In this document: positions 28,273 to 39,017 of the stretch, piece after piece
Position numbering within the stretch: the stretch's first letter is position 1
Layout: each line of letters begins with the position of its first letter
Assembly: GCA_029558735.1 (NCBI GenBank)
Contig: JAKQDP010000047.1
Location: 209 to 64,208, forward strand
Direction of reading: 5' to 3'
DNA: 64,000 nt
Source of the DNA: a bacterium
Lineage (GTDB): Bacteria > Patescibacteriota > Patescibacteriia > 2-01-FULL-39-33
Made by a program: the position numbers and the translations under genes
The notes under the pieces: generated by a model
Told to the model about the DNA's origin: nothing
Database searches by the model: none
The model's input: only the letters and a program-made list of their open reading frames with translations

Positions 28273-29802
28273 ATGAATTATAACTTACCCAATAAAAAAC
28301 ATCTTGTCTTCGTCGATTTAGCTATTGATAGTTTTTACTATGCAGTTAATTTGGGCGTGGCCGCCTTAATACCGATAGCCAAAAACTGTGGCTTTAAGGT
28401 TTCTTTGATTTACTTGAATAAAAAAATCAGCGCCAAAAAATTTAAAGACCGAATCAAAAGGCTTAATCCGGACCTGGTTGGTTTTTCCTTGATGTGGCCG
28501 CAGATTAACCACCTGATCAATTATTCTCAGGCAATCGCCGATTTGCCCGGCATCTTAAAAATTTGTGGCGGTCCAGGCGCCTCTTTGGCCCCGGAAACCG
28601 TCCTCAACAAAGCCGCTATTGATGGCGTGACGATTGGCGAAGGGGAAATTCCCCTAACCAACCTGCTAAAAAAAATTAACCAACATCAAGACATCTCCGA
28701 CCTTGCCGGATTTTATTGGAAAATTAACGGTCAAATTAAAAAAAATCCACCGTCAGCTTTTATTACCGACCTGTCAACCTTACCCTTCCCCGATTACAGT
28801 CTTTATCCACGTTCGTTGATTATTCAATATGAGGGTAAAAATATTTCTGCCAAGCTTACCCGCGGTTGCCCCTTTGCCTGCACTTATTGTTCCAATAAAG
28901 AGTTGTCCCAATTATATCCTCCTGGCCAACATTTTTTTCGTCTGCCACCGATTGATTACGCCATTAATCTGCTTAAAAATTTAATCCGCCAATATCCCCA
29001 AGCCGGCCAAATTAATTTCGCTGATGAAACTTTAACTGCCAATAAAGAATGGTTCAAAAATTTTTTACGGGCTTACGCCCAAAACATTAAACTACCCTAT
29101 ACCCTAATGACCCGCATGGATACTCTTGATAGTGAAACAATTAAACTAATGAAAACTACCGGCTGTTTTTATATTTGGGTGGGACTGGAAAGCGGCAACG
29201 AGTCATTCAGAAAACAATTACTCGGCCGACATTACAGTAATCAACAATTTATTGCCAATGCCAAATTAGTCAAACAAGCCGGAATTCAAATTTACACTTT
29301 CAATATGTTCGCCCTGCCCTTTGAAACGGCCGAGCAAATGGCCCAAACTGTCCAATTAAACAAAGACATCCGAGCAGACCGCGGACAATGTTCCTTCTAT
29401 TATCCCTTTCCTGGCACGCAAATGTATGAACTATGCAAAAAAAATAATCTACTGCTGGAACAGGACTCCATTCTCAACTTGACCAACTATAATAGCCAGC
29501 CCGCCATCAAGCTAGTTAATACCACTAAAGAACAATGCCTTCATTATCAAGGCCAATTGGTTAACTATTTTGCCAACCAGGAAGCCAACCCCTACTTTCG
29601 AATGGACTGGTATCGCGCTTATGAGGAAGATGGTAGCCTAAAAACCAGTCTCAGATTATCCCTTTTTTATGGCTGGGCCAAAATAAAATACGCCGTCAAA
29701 ATGACCGCGCTGATTATCGACCGGCAAATCGGCAAAGTCGGCATCTTCCTGAAAAAAAATTACCCAACAATTTATCAACGGCTCAAGAAAACTAATGATT
29801 AG
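28273..29802 (+). CDS. B12-binding-domain radical SAM protein
   Basis: RGCPFACTYC (CxxxCxxC), GGP...GEGE, GLESG, PFPGT. Confidence 0.9.
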   Translation: MNYNLPNKKHLVFVDLAIDSFYYAVNLGVAALIPIAKNCGFKVSLIYLNKKISAKKFKDRIKRLNPDLVGFSLMWPQINHLINYSQAIADLPGILKICGGPGASLAPETVLNKAAIDGVTIGEGEIPLTNLLKKINQHQDISDLAGFYWKINGQIKKNPPSAFITDLSTLPFPDYSLYPRSLIIQYEGKNISAKLTRGCPFACTYCSNKELSQLYPPGQHFFRLPPIDYAINLLKNLIRQYPQAGQINFADETLTANKEWFKNFLRAYAQNIKLPYTLMTRMDTLDSETIKLMKTTGCFYIWVGLESGNESFRKQLLGRHYSNQQFIANAKLVKQAGIQIYTFNMFALPFETAEQMAQTVQLNKDIRADRGQCSFYYPFPGTQMYELCKKNNLLLEQDSILNLTNYNSQPAIKLVNTTKEQCLHYQGQLVNYFANQEANPYFRMDWYRAYEEDGSLKTSLRLSLFYGWAKIKYAVKMTALIIDRQIGKVGIFLKKNYPTIYQRLKKTND

Positions 29803-31153
29803 ATTGCTTCAATAATTGACGACGCCAAGTTTGAAAAAAATACCTCTTGATACGGATTGCCAAAATCAACCAATAAATTTTTAAATCAAACCAATAATAA
29901 TCAAGCCAACTAATTCCGGCGGCATAAAAGCGGCCGTTATTTTTTTCTAATTTTATTTTTCTGTCTGCCAAAAAGGGGTGAATTAAATTTCTAATCCCGC
30001 CGGGAATAATAATATAATCAAAGCGCCCAATTAGAGTCAAATAAGCAATCAGCCGATAAAAAAATCCGGCCGGCAAAATAATATTATTTTGCTTGGCTGA
30101 CAATTTGACCACTGGTTGACCGGCCGGAAAAATTACAGTTAAACTGCAATCCGAAGCGCGTTGTTTGAGCCACCGACCAATCATCGCCAATTCAGCTGTC
30201 TGACCAAAATAAGGGAAAATCACTCGCTGATCGTCTAAACCATCGACCAACTCAAAGCCGGCCTGACCATAAAAATCAATTTGTCCCAATCGTGATCGAA
30301 AAAAATCAACCACTGACCAATAAAAAGTGGCTGCCTCCAAAGAATATTCCTGATGATATAATTTTCTGGCCTTCGCTAACCAGTGAAACACCGCTGTTTG
30401 CTGTTTAGACTTAAACTGGTTGAACTTTAGACAAAAATAACAATTATTTCTCAAATTATAATATTGTTTGTCAGCCGGATCATTGATAAAATTTGGGTGA
30501 TAAACCGGAGCGGTTTTAACGGCAATAATCTGGTAGCCGTATTTTTTTAACCGGAAATAAAAATCAATGTCATAACTGCGTATAAAATAAGCCGAATCAA
30601 ACCTCAAGCCGGTTTTTTTTAAAACCGCCACCTTGACTAAATCCGAGCAAGTACTGACATAATCAACCGATTGACTGGAGAAATTAATCCTCGGCATTAA
30701 TTTGTCAAAATCAAAAAAATATCCGGCACTGATTAAATGGCTCGGATAATCAACATCATAAACAGCCGAACCGGCCACCGCTACCATCTCTGATTCAGTC
30801 AGAACAGAAAGCAATTTCTCTAAGGTGCCCCCAGCCACCACTGAATCGTCATTTAACCACCACAAATAATCATAATCTTTATTAACGGCATAATCAATGC
30901 TTAAATTTAAAGAAAAAATCGGGCCACTTTGATGATGGTTCCTAATATAATCCAAAGAAAAACCATATTGCCGATCAGCAACCAACGATTGATAATCGTC
31001 ATCAGAGCAGTCATCAATTATTAAGACGTCAAATTTCGGCCCACTAATAAGACTCAGGCTCATCAGCAACCTTTTGATAAAAGCAACTCGATTGTAGGTG
31101 GTAATAACCGCTAAAATTTTATTGCCTCTGGCCATGGTTGATATTATCTTCAA
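29792..31153 (-). CDS. Glycosyltransferase family 2
   Basis: ITTYNR, IDDCSDD, LNDD. Confidence 0.85.
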   Translation of the reverse strand: MKIISTMARGNKILAVITTYNRVAFIKRLLMSLSLISGPKFDVLIIDDCSDDDYQSLVADRQYGFSLDYIRNHHQSGPIFSLNLSIDYAVNKDYDYLWWLNDDSVVAGGTLEKLLSVLTESEMVAVAGSAVYDVDYPSHLISAGYFFDFDKLMPRINFSSQSVDYVSTCSDLVKVAVLKKTGLRFDSAYFIRSYDIDFYFRLKKYGYQIIAVKTAPVYHPNFINDPADKQYYNLRNNCYFCLKFNQFKSKQQTAVFHWLAKARKLYHQEYSLEAATFYWSVVDFFRSRLGQIDFYGQAGFELVDGLDDQRVIFPYFGQTAELAMIGRWLKQRASDCSLTVIFPAGQPVVKLSAKQNNIILPAGFFYRLIAYLTLIGRFDYIIIPGGIRNLIHPFLADRKIKLEKNNGRFYAAGISWLDYYWFDLKIYWLILAIRIKRYFFQTWRRQLLKQSNH

Positions 31154-31889
31154 GAAATTTTTGATAATGAGTCACCACCACTGAGGGTTCGCCCAACTCC
31201 CTGACTTGGCCCCGGTCGAGCCAAAGCACCCGATCGCTATGATCTTTAATGAATTCTAAATCATGAGCAACAAATAAAATAGTCACATTATTTTTTTTCA
31301 ATTTTTTCATTTCCGAGATACTCTTCTGCTTGAAAATACCGTCGCCGACCGCAAAAATTTCATCAATTAACAATATTTCCGGCTGGCTGATTTTGACGCT
31401 GTTAATCACGATGGAAAAAACCAAACGAGTCCTCATACCGCTGGAAAATTGACATAATTTGCAATCAATAAAGCCACCCAATTCAGCCAGGTCAACTATC
31501 TGATCAAAGCATTGGCTGATCTGATTGCGCGATAAGCCCAGTAGTGACCCGGCCAAATAAATATTATCCCGCATCGTTAACCGCTCCACCAAACCAATAT
31601 CCAGGCTGATTAACGGCATCACCGACCGGCTGACCAGTAATGAACCACCATCGATTTCATAAATTCCGGCGATAACTTTAAGTAAAGTGGTTTTGCCGGC
31701 TCCATTAAGGCCGATGATTCCGATTGCTTCGCCCGGATAAGCTGACAAAGAAAAATTTTTTAGCGCCCAAAAAATCTCTCTTGGCCTTTGTCTGGAAACG
31801 GTTGCCAATAATTCAAACAATAGGGTGCCGTTACTGTGCCCTATTTTAAATTTCTTGGATACATTTTCCAATTTAATATAGTCGCTCAT
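31119..31889 (-). CDS. wzt: Polysaccharide ABC exporter ATP-binding subunit (Wzt/TagH-like)
   Basis: GLNGAGKTT, FSSGM, IDEIFAVGD. Confidence 0.9.
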   Translation of the reverse strand: MSDYIKLENVSKKFKIGHSNGTLLFELLATVSRQRPREIFWALKNFSLSAYPGEAIGIIGLNGAGKTTLLKVIAGIYEIDGGSLLVSRSVMPLISLDIGLVERLTMRDNIYLAGSLLGLSRNQISQCFDQIVDLAELGGFIDCKLCQFSSGMRTRLVFSIVINSVKISQPEILLIDEIFAVGDGIFKQKSISEMKKLKKNNVTILFVAHDLEFIKDHSDRVLWLDRGQVRELGEPSVVVTHYQKFLEDNINHGQRQ

Positions 31890-32659
31890 ATTCTTTCGGC
31901 AAATTTGCGTTTCAAGCGATTAAAAAGGAACCAGCCGATCATCAGACAAACCAATGAATAAAAAATCGCTGCTACTCCATAACCAATTTCCAGTCGCAGT
32001 GGCATTAAAATTTGCCTGGCCAAAGAAACAAAATAATACATTGGATTAAAACGATTGACCATTATTAATCTTGGCTGATCAACAACCGTATAAAATATCG
32101 GTGTCCCCAACCAAAGCAGCCGGCAAAAAAAATTCCAAATATTAGCTAGGTCCAAGCAGTAAATTGTTAAGGATGATAGGATAAAACAAACACCCAAAGT
32201 AAAAATAGCCAACAAAAGCAAAACCGGCAAATAATAAATAATCCCGACAAACGGCAAACCCATAGCCATAACCAAAACAATCAGAATCACTAGTTCCAAT
32301 AAGTGGGAAAAAATGTTCTTAAAAATAATGGAAATGATCAGCGCTTCACGAGGAAAATTCACCGAACGAATCAATGCGGCATTATCAATAACCGCCAGAG
32401 AGGATTCTGTGGTGGCCTGCTGAAAAAAGTTAAAAATAATTACCCCTACCAACAAATAGACGGGGTAATAATCAATTTGACTTCCCAGATTATCGAAAAA
32501 CAGAAATAACAACAAACCAAAAGCCGCCAGTGGATTGAGTAGATACCACGCTAGACCCAAAAAACTGCCTTCATTTCTAATTTTGAAGGAAATTCTGGCC
32601 AACTCAAAACTCAAATTGAGACATTTTTTAATTTTATTAAAAAAAGACAACATCATCAA
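31886..32659 (-). CDS. wzm: Polysaccharide ABC exporter permease (Wzm/TagG-like)
   Basis: GSFLGLAWYLLNPL, TPIFY, FNPM; about six TM helices. Confidence 0.9.
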   Translation of the reverse strand: MMMLSFFNKIKKCLNLSFELARISFKIRNEGSFLGLAWYLLNPLAAFGLLLFLFFDNLGSQIDYYPVYLLVGVIIFNFFQQATTESSLAVIDNAALIRSVNFPREALIISIIFKNIFSHLLELVILIVLVMAMGLPFVGIIYYLPVLLLLAIFTLGVCFILSSLTIYCLDLANIWNFFCRLLWLGTPIFYTVVDQPRLIMVNRFNPMYYFVSLARQILMPLRLEIGYGVAAIFYSLVCLMIGWFLFNRLKRKFAERI

Positions 32660-32685
32660 TCAATGGCTTACCTCCCTTTAGCCAT

Positions 32686-33945
32686 TCACATCATAATTAA
32701 TCGTTCAAATTTTTTCTTGTCCCGATAAGGGCCAATCACCGCTAAATTTAAACGGGAAAAATCAATAATTTTTTTAGCCAGGCATTTTAAATCAGCAACA
32801 GATACGGCTTGAATTTTGGCAATCTGTTCGGTCGGCGATAAAATCCGATCAGTCATTAATTGTTGTATTGCAAACCATTGAGCCAGATTGGCCGTATCCT
32901 CCAATTCCAATGACAACTTACCAGCCAAATAATCCTTGCCCCGCTGTAACTCTTCAGAATTAATCCCTTGTTTAAGCCGTTTTAATTCTTGTAAAATAAT
33001 TTTAATCGCCTGATCAATGCGCCCTTTATCTAGCCCCGCCTGGATAATTAAATTACCGCTATCCAAATAATTTCCCAAATAAGACTTAATAAAATAAGCT
33101 AAGCCATTTTTTTCCCGAACCGACAAAAACAACCGAGAACTCATATTGCCACCCAAAATGGCGGATAATAATTTCAAAGAAGGCAAATCATCGTCGCTGT
33201 AAGAACAACCATAAAAACCTAAAGCTAATTGCACCTGCTGAGTCGGCTTAAACATTAATGCCACTCGCGGCTTGTTTTGGTTAATTTTAAATTCAACAAA
33301 AGAACCGGCTGCTGATCCGCCGGTAAAAGAAAATTTTTCCTCCAATAATGAAGGGGCCGAAGATTTATAGTTGCCCGCTAAAGCCAACACCATATTTTGG
33401 GACTGATAAAACCCCTTATAGTAATCCAAAAAATCCTGGCGTTTAATGGCTTTGATATTTTTTTTATGACCAGCAATCGAATAACCCAAAGCATTGCCCT
33501 TAAACATTAACTGCTCTAATAAATCATCAACATACATTAAGGGATTATCCTTATACATATTGATTTCCTCGATGATTACCCCCTTTTCTTTTGCAATTTC
33601 TCTGGCGTCAAATTTAGAATGTAACAACATGTCCGACAAAACTTCAACCGCCAATGGCAAATAGCTGGCATCCGCTTTGATATAATAGCCGGTATATTCT
33701 TTATTAGTAAAAGCATTGAATTCGGCGCCAATGCCGTCCAGTTCCTTAGAAATATCCAAGGCAGTCGGCCGCCGCTTCGTACCCTTAAACATCATGTGCT
33801 CGATAAAATGACACAATCCGTTATTATCGCTGTTTTCAAAACGCGAACCTACCTTAACCAATAACAAAATGGCAATTGTCGGCGCGTCAGCCAGAGGAAT
33901 GCCAACAAATTTCAAACCATTTTTAAATTCCTTTAATTGATACAT
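32686..33945 (-). CDS. M16 (pitrilysin) family zinc peptidase
   Basis: HFIEH inverted zinc motif, NAFT, SSRLF..VRE..GLAY. Confidence 0.92.
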   Translation of the reverse strand: MYQLKEFKNGLKFVGIPLADAPTIAILLLVKVGSRFENSDNNGLCHFIEHMMFKGTKRRPTALDISKELDGIGAEFNAFTNKEYTGYYIKADASYLPLAVEVLSDMLLHSKFDAREIAKEKGVIIEEINMYKDNPLMYVDDLLEQLMFKGNALGYSIAGHKKNIKAIKRQDFLDYYKGFYQSQNMVLALAGNYKSSAPSLLEEKFSFTGGSAAGSFVEFKINQNKPRVALMFKPTQQVQLALGFYGCSYSDDDLPSLKLLSAILGGNMSSRLFLSVREKNGLAYFIKSYLGNYLDSGNLIIQAGLDKGRIDQAIKIILQELKRLKQGINSEELQRGKDYLAGKLSLELEDTANLAQWFAIQQLMTDRILSPTEQIAKIQAVSVADLKCLAKKIIDFSRLNLAVIGPYRDKKKFERLIMM

Positions 33946-35321
33946 TAATTTGAAAATTTATTATTAAAATAATTAACTAACTCCGCAACTGCCACTCGCT
34001 CTTGCTTCATGCTGTCGCGATCTCTGACTGTGACCATTTTGTCTTCTAAAGTATCAAAATCAATCGTGACACAATAAGGTGTACCGATTTCATCCTGGCG
34101 GCGATAACGCTTACCAACATTGCCATTATCGTCAAATTCACAAAAATATTTGTCTTTTAACAAATCAAAAATTTCTTTAGCCTTAACGACCAACTCAGCC
34201 TTATTTTTTAATAATGGAAACACGGCAATTTTAACCGGCGCAAGCGCTGGAGGAAATTTAAGAACAGTTCTAATTTCTCCCTCAACTTCCTCCTCGTGAT
34301 AAGCGGTGCACAAAGCCACCAAAATGCTCCGATCAACCCCGAAAGTCGGTTCCAAGACATGCGGCAAATATTTACGATTATTAATTTGATCAAAATAAGA
34401 CAAATCCTGACCGGACGCCTTGGCGTGCTGAGATAAATCAAAATCACCTCGATGCGCCAAACCATATAATTCGCTAAAGCCAAAGGGAAAATTATATTCA
34501 ATATCAACAGTCTTGCGCGAATAATGGGATAATTTTTCTTTCGGGTGCTCGAACCGCCGCAAATCTTTCTTGTCAGCCCCCAAGGCCAAGGCAAATTCCT
34601 CTTCTTCTTTAAGCCACCAATCAAATAATTTCTCCCATTTGGCCTCCGGGTCGATAAAATATTCTATTTCCATCTGTTCAAATTCTCGCAACCGAAAAAT
34701 AAAATTACCCGCCACAATTTCATTACGAAAAGCTTTGCCGATTTGAGCGATGCCAAAAGGAATTTTCACCCGCATCGAATCAATGACATTTTTAAAATCA
34801 ACAAATATTGCTCCGGCGGTTTCCGGTCGCAAATATACTGGCCCCTCAACGCCATTCATTGTGGTGGTAAACATCAAATTCAAATTCCGGGGTTCGGTCC
34901 AATTAGTTTGGCCACATTCGGGACAATTGATTTTTTTTTCTTTTAATGCCTTAGCCATTCTTGCTATATCTCCCTCTAAATCTAGGCTGGTTGCCGCTTC
35001 AATAAGATGATCTGCTCGAAACCTTTTCTTGCACCCTTTGCAATCAACCATGGTATCATTAAACCCACTAGTGTGACCGGAGGCCTCCCACAACCGGGGG
35101 TTGAGCAAAATCGGCCCGTCAATGCCCACCATATCCACCCGGTCTTGAACAAATTTCTTCCACCACAGCCGCTTGAGATTGTTCTTAAGTTCGGTGCCGT
35201 AAGGACCATAACTGTAAGAATTGGCAAAACCGCCATAAATTTCCGACGAAGGATAAATAAAACCCCGCCGCTTGCAAAAAGAAACAATTTTTTGCATCAA
35301 GTCTTCTTGTTTTTTAGCCAT
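33945..35321 (-). CDS. glyQS: Glycine--tRNA ligase (alpha2 type)
   Basis: WEASGH, YLRPETA, FRNEI, REFEQMEIE, YRRQDEIGTP. Confidence 0.96.
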   Translation of the reverse strand: MAKKQEDLMQKIVSFCKRRGFIYPSSEIYGGFANSYSYGPYGTELKNNLKRLWWKKFVQDRVDMVGIDGPILLNPRLWEASGHTSGFNDTMVDCKGCKKRFRADHLIEAATSLDLEGDIARMAKALKEKKINCPECGQTNWTEPRNLNLMFTTTMNGVEGPVYLRPETAGAIFVDFKNVIDSMRVKIPFGIAQIGKAFRNEIVAGNFIFRLREFEQMEIEYFIDPEAKWEKLFDWWLKEEEEFALALGADKKDLRRFEHPKEKLSHYSRKTVDIEYNFPFGFSELYGLAHRGDFDLSQHAKASGQDLSYFDQINNRKYLPHVLEPTFGVDRSILVALCTAYHEEEVEGEIRTVLKFPPALAPVKIAVFPLLKNKAELVVKAKEIFDLLKDKYFCEFDDNGNVGKRYRRQDEIGTPYCVTIDFDTLEDKMVTVRDRDSMKQERVAVAELVNYFNNKFSN

Positions 35322-35422
35322 AAAAAAATAAAGGATTAATTTCCTTTATTTTAGCTCAAAACCAAGGCCTTGGCAACTGGGAAAAACCACCCCGAATCAA
35401 CAACGTTCCCTTGATCGTTTAA

Positions 35423-36568
35423 TTAACTTTGAATTATTTTTTTATATTGTTCTTCTAATTGGCCGGCTAATTTGTTCCAATCAAATCGCCGCGCTGAAAT
35501 CTTTGCTTTACTGGCTAATTTTCGCCTAAGATTATCATCAGCTAAGAGACTATCGATTGCCCGAGCCAATTGCGTGCTATCATTCTTTACAATTAAGCCA
35601 TTATAATTATCAATTACTATTTCTGACGAAGCATTCCAAGGACACTCCACGATAACCGCCGGCAAGCCGCTGCCATTGGCTTCAGCCACTGCAATGCCGA
35701 ACCCCTCCAGTAAAGATGGGGAGACAAAAATTTTTGCTTGTTTCATTAAATGATAAACATCATTTAATTGAGGCAAAAAACCAAGAAAAAAAATATTCTT
35801 CTTTAGATCAAGCTCTTCAACCAATTCCATCAGCTCTTGTTTGGCTGGACCGTCACCGATTAGAATAATTTTTATTTCCGGCCGACGGACAACTAAAATT
35901 TTAATCGCCTCAATCAGCCGGGAAAGATTTTTTTGTTGGGTCAAACGACCAGCAAAAACTACATCATATTGACCTGATTGTCTAGTATCGTCATTAATAA
36001 CCGCTTCGTCAATGCCGTTGTAAATAACGGCTATATCACGAGGCCTAACTCCGACTGCCAATAATTGCCGCCGAGTTGTTTCGGAAACAGCCAAGTGCCA
36101 ATGACTTAGTTTTAAAACCATTTTTTCAATCAACCGACCGATTGTTCCTTTTAATTTTCCGGCATAAGAATACCAATACTCCCCCCAATACTGATGCCAG
36201 GTCAACACTAAAGGCGTTCGTCTAAATAAGGCTACCGCCTTGCAAGTAAAACAGTGGAAATAAACAAAAGTAGAGGCATCAATAATATCAAACCTTTCTC
36301 TTAAAAGAGGAAAAAACAACTTGAGAGAAAATTTAATCGGCCCAACTACCGTCCTAATGCCGGCACTATTATAAATATTATTATATCGACAAACGCCATG
36401 AATAATCAGTTTTTCCCGATAAATAATATCCGGACCATCCCAAAATTTAACCCCAAATAAATGGACTTCATGGTGTCGAGCTAAACGTCGAGCTAACTGA
36501 TAATTTCTGATTTCCGCTCCGCCGATGTGAAACGGATAAATCATGTCATAAACCAAAGCGATTTTCAT
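35423..36568 (-). CDS. Glycosyltransferase family 4
   Basis: GGAE, FAGRL..QKN, EGFGIAVAEA. Confidence 0.9.
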   Translation of the reverse strand: MKIALVYDMIYPFHIGGAEIRNYQLARRLARHHEVHLFGVKFWDGPDIIYREKLIIHGVCRYNNIYNSAGIRTVVGPIKFSLKLFFPLLRERFDIIDASTFVYFHCFTCKAVALFRRTPLVLTWHQYWGEYWYSYAGKLKGTIGRLIEKMVLKLSHWHLAVSETTRRQLLAVGVRPRDIAVIYNGIDEAVINDDTRQSGQYDVVFAGRLTQQKNLSRLIEAIKILVVRRPEIKIILIGDGPAKQELMELVEELDLKKNIFFLGFLPQLNDVYHLMKQAKIFVSPSLLEGFGIAVAEANGSGLPAVIVECPWNASSEIVIDNYNGLIVKNDSTQLARAIDSLLADDNLRRKLASKAKISARRFDWNKLAGQLEEQYKKIIQS

Positions 36569-37200
36569 CTGAGCGGTTTAATTTGCTGATCGCTATCGCC
36601 GGCCACTTGACCGGAAGACTGCCAAAGACCAGTTAGCCAATCAGTCAACCGCTCATCGTTGAGGGGATAGTCGGACCGAACGACCCGGGTCGCCAGTTTT
36701 AGCGATTCGGCATAAACCTTGCCACTTGCCGATAAAACGAGCCGGGGAACCAAATCAGACCCAACTGACACTCGACGACCAAAATTAATCACCCGACCGT
36801 CAGTGGAAATTAATCCGGTTGCTGACCAAAAAAATAACTGCCCGGCCGAAAAAAACAATAATAGCGTCCAAAAAACCGCCGTCCAAACATAATAATTAAA
36901 CTGGCCAGACGATTCTGGCCGAGCCATTGGCCTGAGCCATTTTGGCTCAAACTGATCGCTATCGTTAGTCGTTTCCAACTCTTCCTCCACCAACCGACGA
37001 ATTGTTTCTTGCCAATCCTGATACCAAGCCTCACTAGTCAACCAGCTATCACCAACCTTAAAAGCCTTCAATTTTCCTTTTCTGACTTCCGTCAATAAGA
37101 AGGCCTCGCTGTATTTGCCGCGCCGGGCAAGGTCATTAATAGTCAAATAAGGCCGCTCGCCATCAGTAAACATCGATTCAATTGAAGAAAAATCCAACAT
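36565..37200 (-). CDS. Hypothetical protein, N-terminal HTH-like domain plus TM helix
   Basis: YLTINDLAR...VRKGKLKAFKVGDSWL resembles an excisionase-type HTH; one TM segment. Confidence 0.65.
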   Translation of the reverse strand: MLDFSSIESMFTDGERPYLTINDLARRGKYSEAFLLTEVRKGKLKAFKVGDSWLTSEAWYQDWQETIRRLVEEELETTNDSDQFEPKWLRPMARPESSGQFNYYVWTAVFWTLLLFFSAGQLFFWSATGLISTDGRVINFGRRVSVGSDLVPRLVLSASGKVYAESLKLATRVVRSDYPLNDERLTDWLTGLWQSSGQVAGDSDQQIKPLR

Positions 37201-37289
37201 AAAATCGGATATTTTTTATACTCTCATTATAACAAATAATTCCGCCCTAAGTGAAGGGCGGAATTATTTATTTTTAGACAATGAATTTA

Positions 37290-37841
37290 TTATTTTTGGA
37301 AAGAGGCGTCAATCGCTTTGACTACCTGAGAATCGTTCTTCAACGCTTCCGTCAACAAAATATAGTCACGATTGATAACCATTTTATCAGTTGGCCCATG
37401 AAGTTCGTTGCCCAGCTTAATCAATGTCAATTCCTGCTGAGTTTGCTGATTCTGCTCCACTTGTTCGGCAGAACCTTCCTGAGTGGCCTGAAGCGGTCTA
37501 GTAATAACCTGCAAATAATAGATATTGGTCAACACTAATTCGCGACTGGTCACATTTTTAATTTTGCCGAAATAAACCTGACCATTATTCAAAAAAATCG
37601 CCTGCCAATCATTACTGGGCCGCATCTTGCTAAACCCGGGCAACGCCAGGCCGGTATAAGCGCCTAATACATACCATAATAACGCTACCACCAATATTAC
37701 CAATAATAACCCTCCTTTTTTTCTAGGAGCGCATTTTTTTCTCGCCAGCGTGGCTTGTTCCAGCCCCGCCGCTTCATCATTGACAATTGGTTCTTCGTCA
37801 ACTAATTCAGACATCCGTTTGTTGGTCTTTTTGTAAATCAT
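37290..37841 (-). CDS. Hypothetical membrane-anchored protein
   Basis: TM helix followed by WQAIFLNNGQVYFG...LIKLGNELHGP. Confidence 0.75.
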   Translation of the reverse strand: MIYKKTNKRMSELVDEEPIVNDEAAGLEQATLARKKCAPRKKGGLLLVILVVALLWYVLGAYTGLALPGFSKMRPSNDWQAIFLNNGQVYFGKIKNVTSRELVLTNIYYLQVITRPLQATQEGSAEQVEQNQQTQQELTLIKLGNELHGPTDKMVINRDYILLTEALKNDSQVVKAIDASFQK

Positions 37842-37903
37842 CTTTATTCTCCTTATTTTCGGACAAATCGTGCCGAAATTAATTATTTATTAATATTTAT
37901 AAT

Positions 37904-38944
37904 TTAATCTTTCGCTTCTACAATATCATTAACGACTACACTAATTGCTGTAGCAACTGGCACAGCCAGCACCACCCCGATAATACCGGCTACTCGCGCA
38001 CCGATCAAAATAGCAACCAGGGTAATAATCGGATTGAGACCCACCGCCCGTTGCATCACTTTGGGCACAATTACATTATTTTCCAAAAATTGAATTAATA
38101 AATAAAGAATCACTACGCCTAAAGCAATTAATGGCGAATGAGTCAGGCCGATAAAAACCGCTGGAATCGCTCCCAGAAACGGACCCAAATAAGGTATCAA
38201 TTCAGTCACGCCGGCAAACAAGGCCAAGACCAGTGCGTAACGAATGCCCAACAAACTCAGGCCCAACCAAACTAAAATGAAAATAATCAATGACAGCAAC
38301 AGCTGCCCCCGTAACCATCGACCGATCTTATCCTGAATCCGATTTAATAAATAAGTAAAATAAGGCTGATATTTAACCGGCAAAATTAAGCGCATCATTC
38401 TCTTCATTGCCTGCTCCTCGACAGTCATATAAAAAGTAATCACCATAATAATAAAAAAAGAAAAAATTCCTCCGAAAAAGGAAAAAATAGTATTAAACAC
38501 TCCGCCGGCGGCTACGCCAACATTAGCCTGCAGGCCGGTCAAATAACCCTGAATATTTTCACTCCAACCTTGGGTGTTGGAATAATTGCGCAAACTCTCA
38601 AAACTGCTAATGATCCGGCTCGAATAAACCGGAAAATCCTTTGACAGTTGATTGACCTCAGTTACAATCGGCGGGATAATCAAATAAACCGCGCCCGCTA
38701 GCACCAAAATTACCGCCGCATAAATCACCAATAATCCCAAGGCCCGAGGAATTTTGTTTTTTTGAAACCAATCAACCCAGGGGTCAAAAGCGGAGGCCAA
38801 AATCAAAGCGATAAAAACAGTCAGGATAATATCGCGGATATAAAAAAGAAACATCAAAACAATGATGATCACCAAAACTTTTATCAGCGTCAAAGAAGAG
38901 ATATCTACTGTCAATTTTTCCCGAATATTATTTTTGGCGCTCAT
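37904..38944 (-). CDS. AI-2E (PerM) family transporter
   Basis: WLRGQ, IPYLGP, IQFLENN..PK, GIIGVVLAVP. Confidence 0.92.
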   Translation of the reverse strand: MSAKNNIREKLTVDISSLTLIKVLVIIIVLMFLFYIRDIILTVFIALILASAFDPWVDWFQKNKIPRALGLLVIYAAVILVLAGAVYLIIPPIVTEVNQLSKDFPVYSSRIISSFESLRNYSNTQGWSENIQGYLTGLQANVGVAAGGVFNTIFSFFGGIFSFFIIMVITFYMTVEEQAMKRMMRLILPVKYQPYFTYLLNRIQDKIGRWLRGQLLLSLIIFILVWLGLSLLGIRYALVLALFAGVTELIPYLGPFLGAIPAVFIGLTHSPLIALGVVILYLLIQFLENNVIVPKVMQRAVGLNPIITLVAILIGARVAGIIGVVLAVPVATAISVVVNDIVEAKD

Positions 38945-39017
38945 TGGACAAAATTACTAAAGTTGATTAAGATTAATTAAATTATACCTAATCAAGTCAA
39001 AGGCTGTCAACAAAAAA

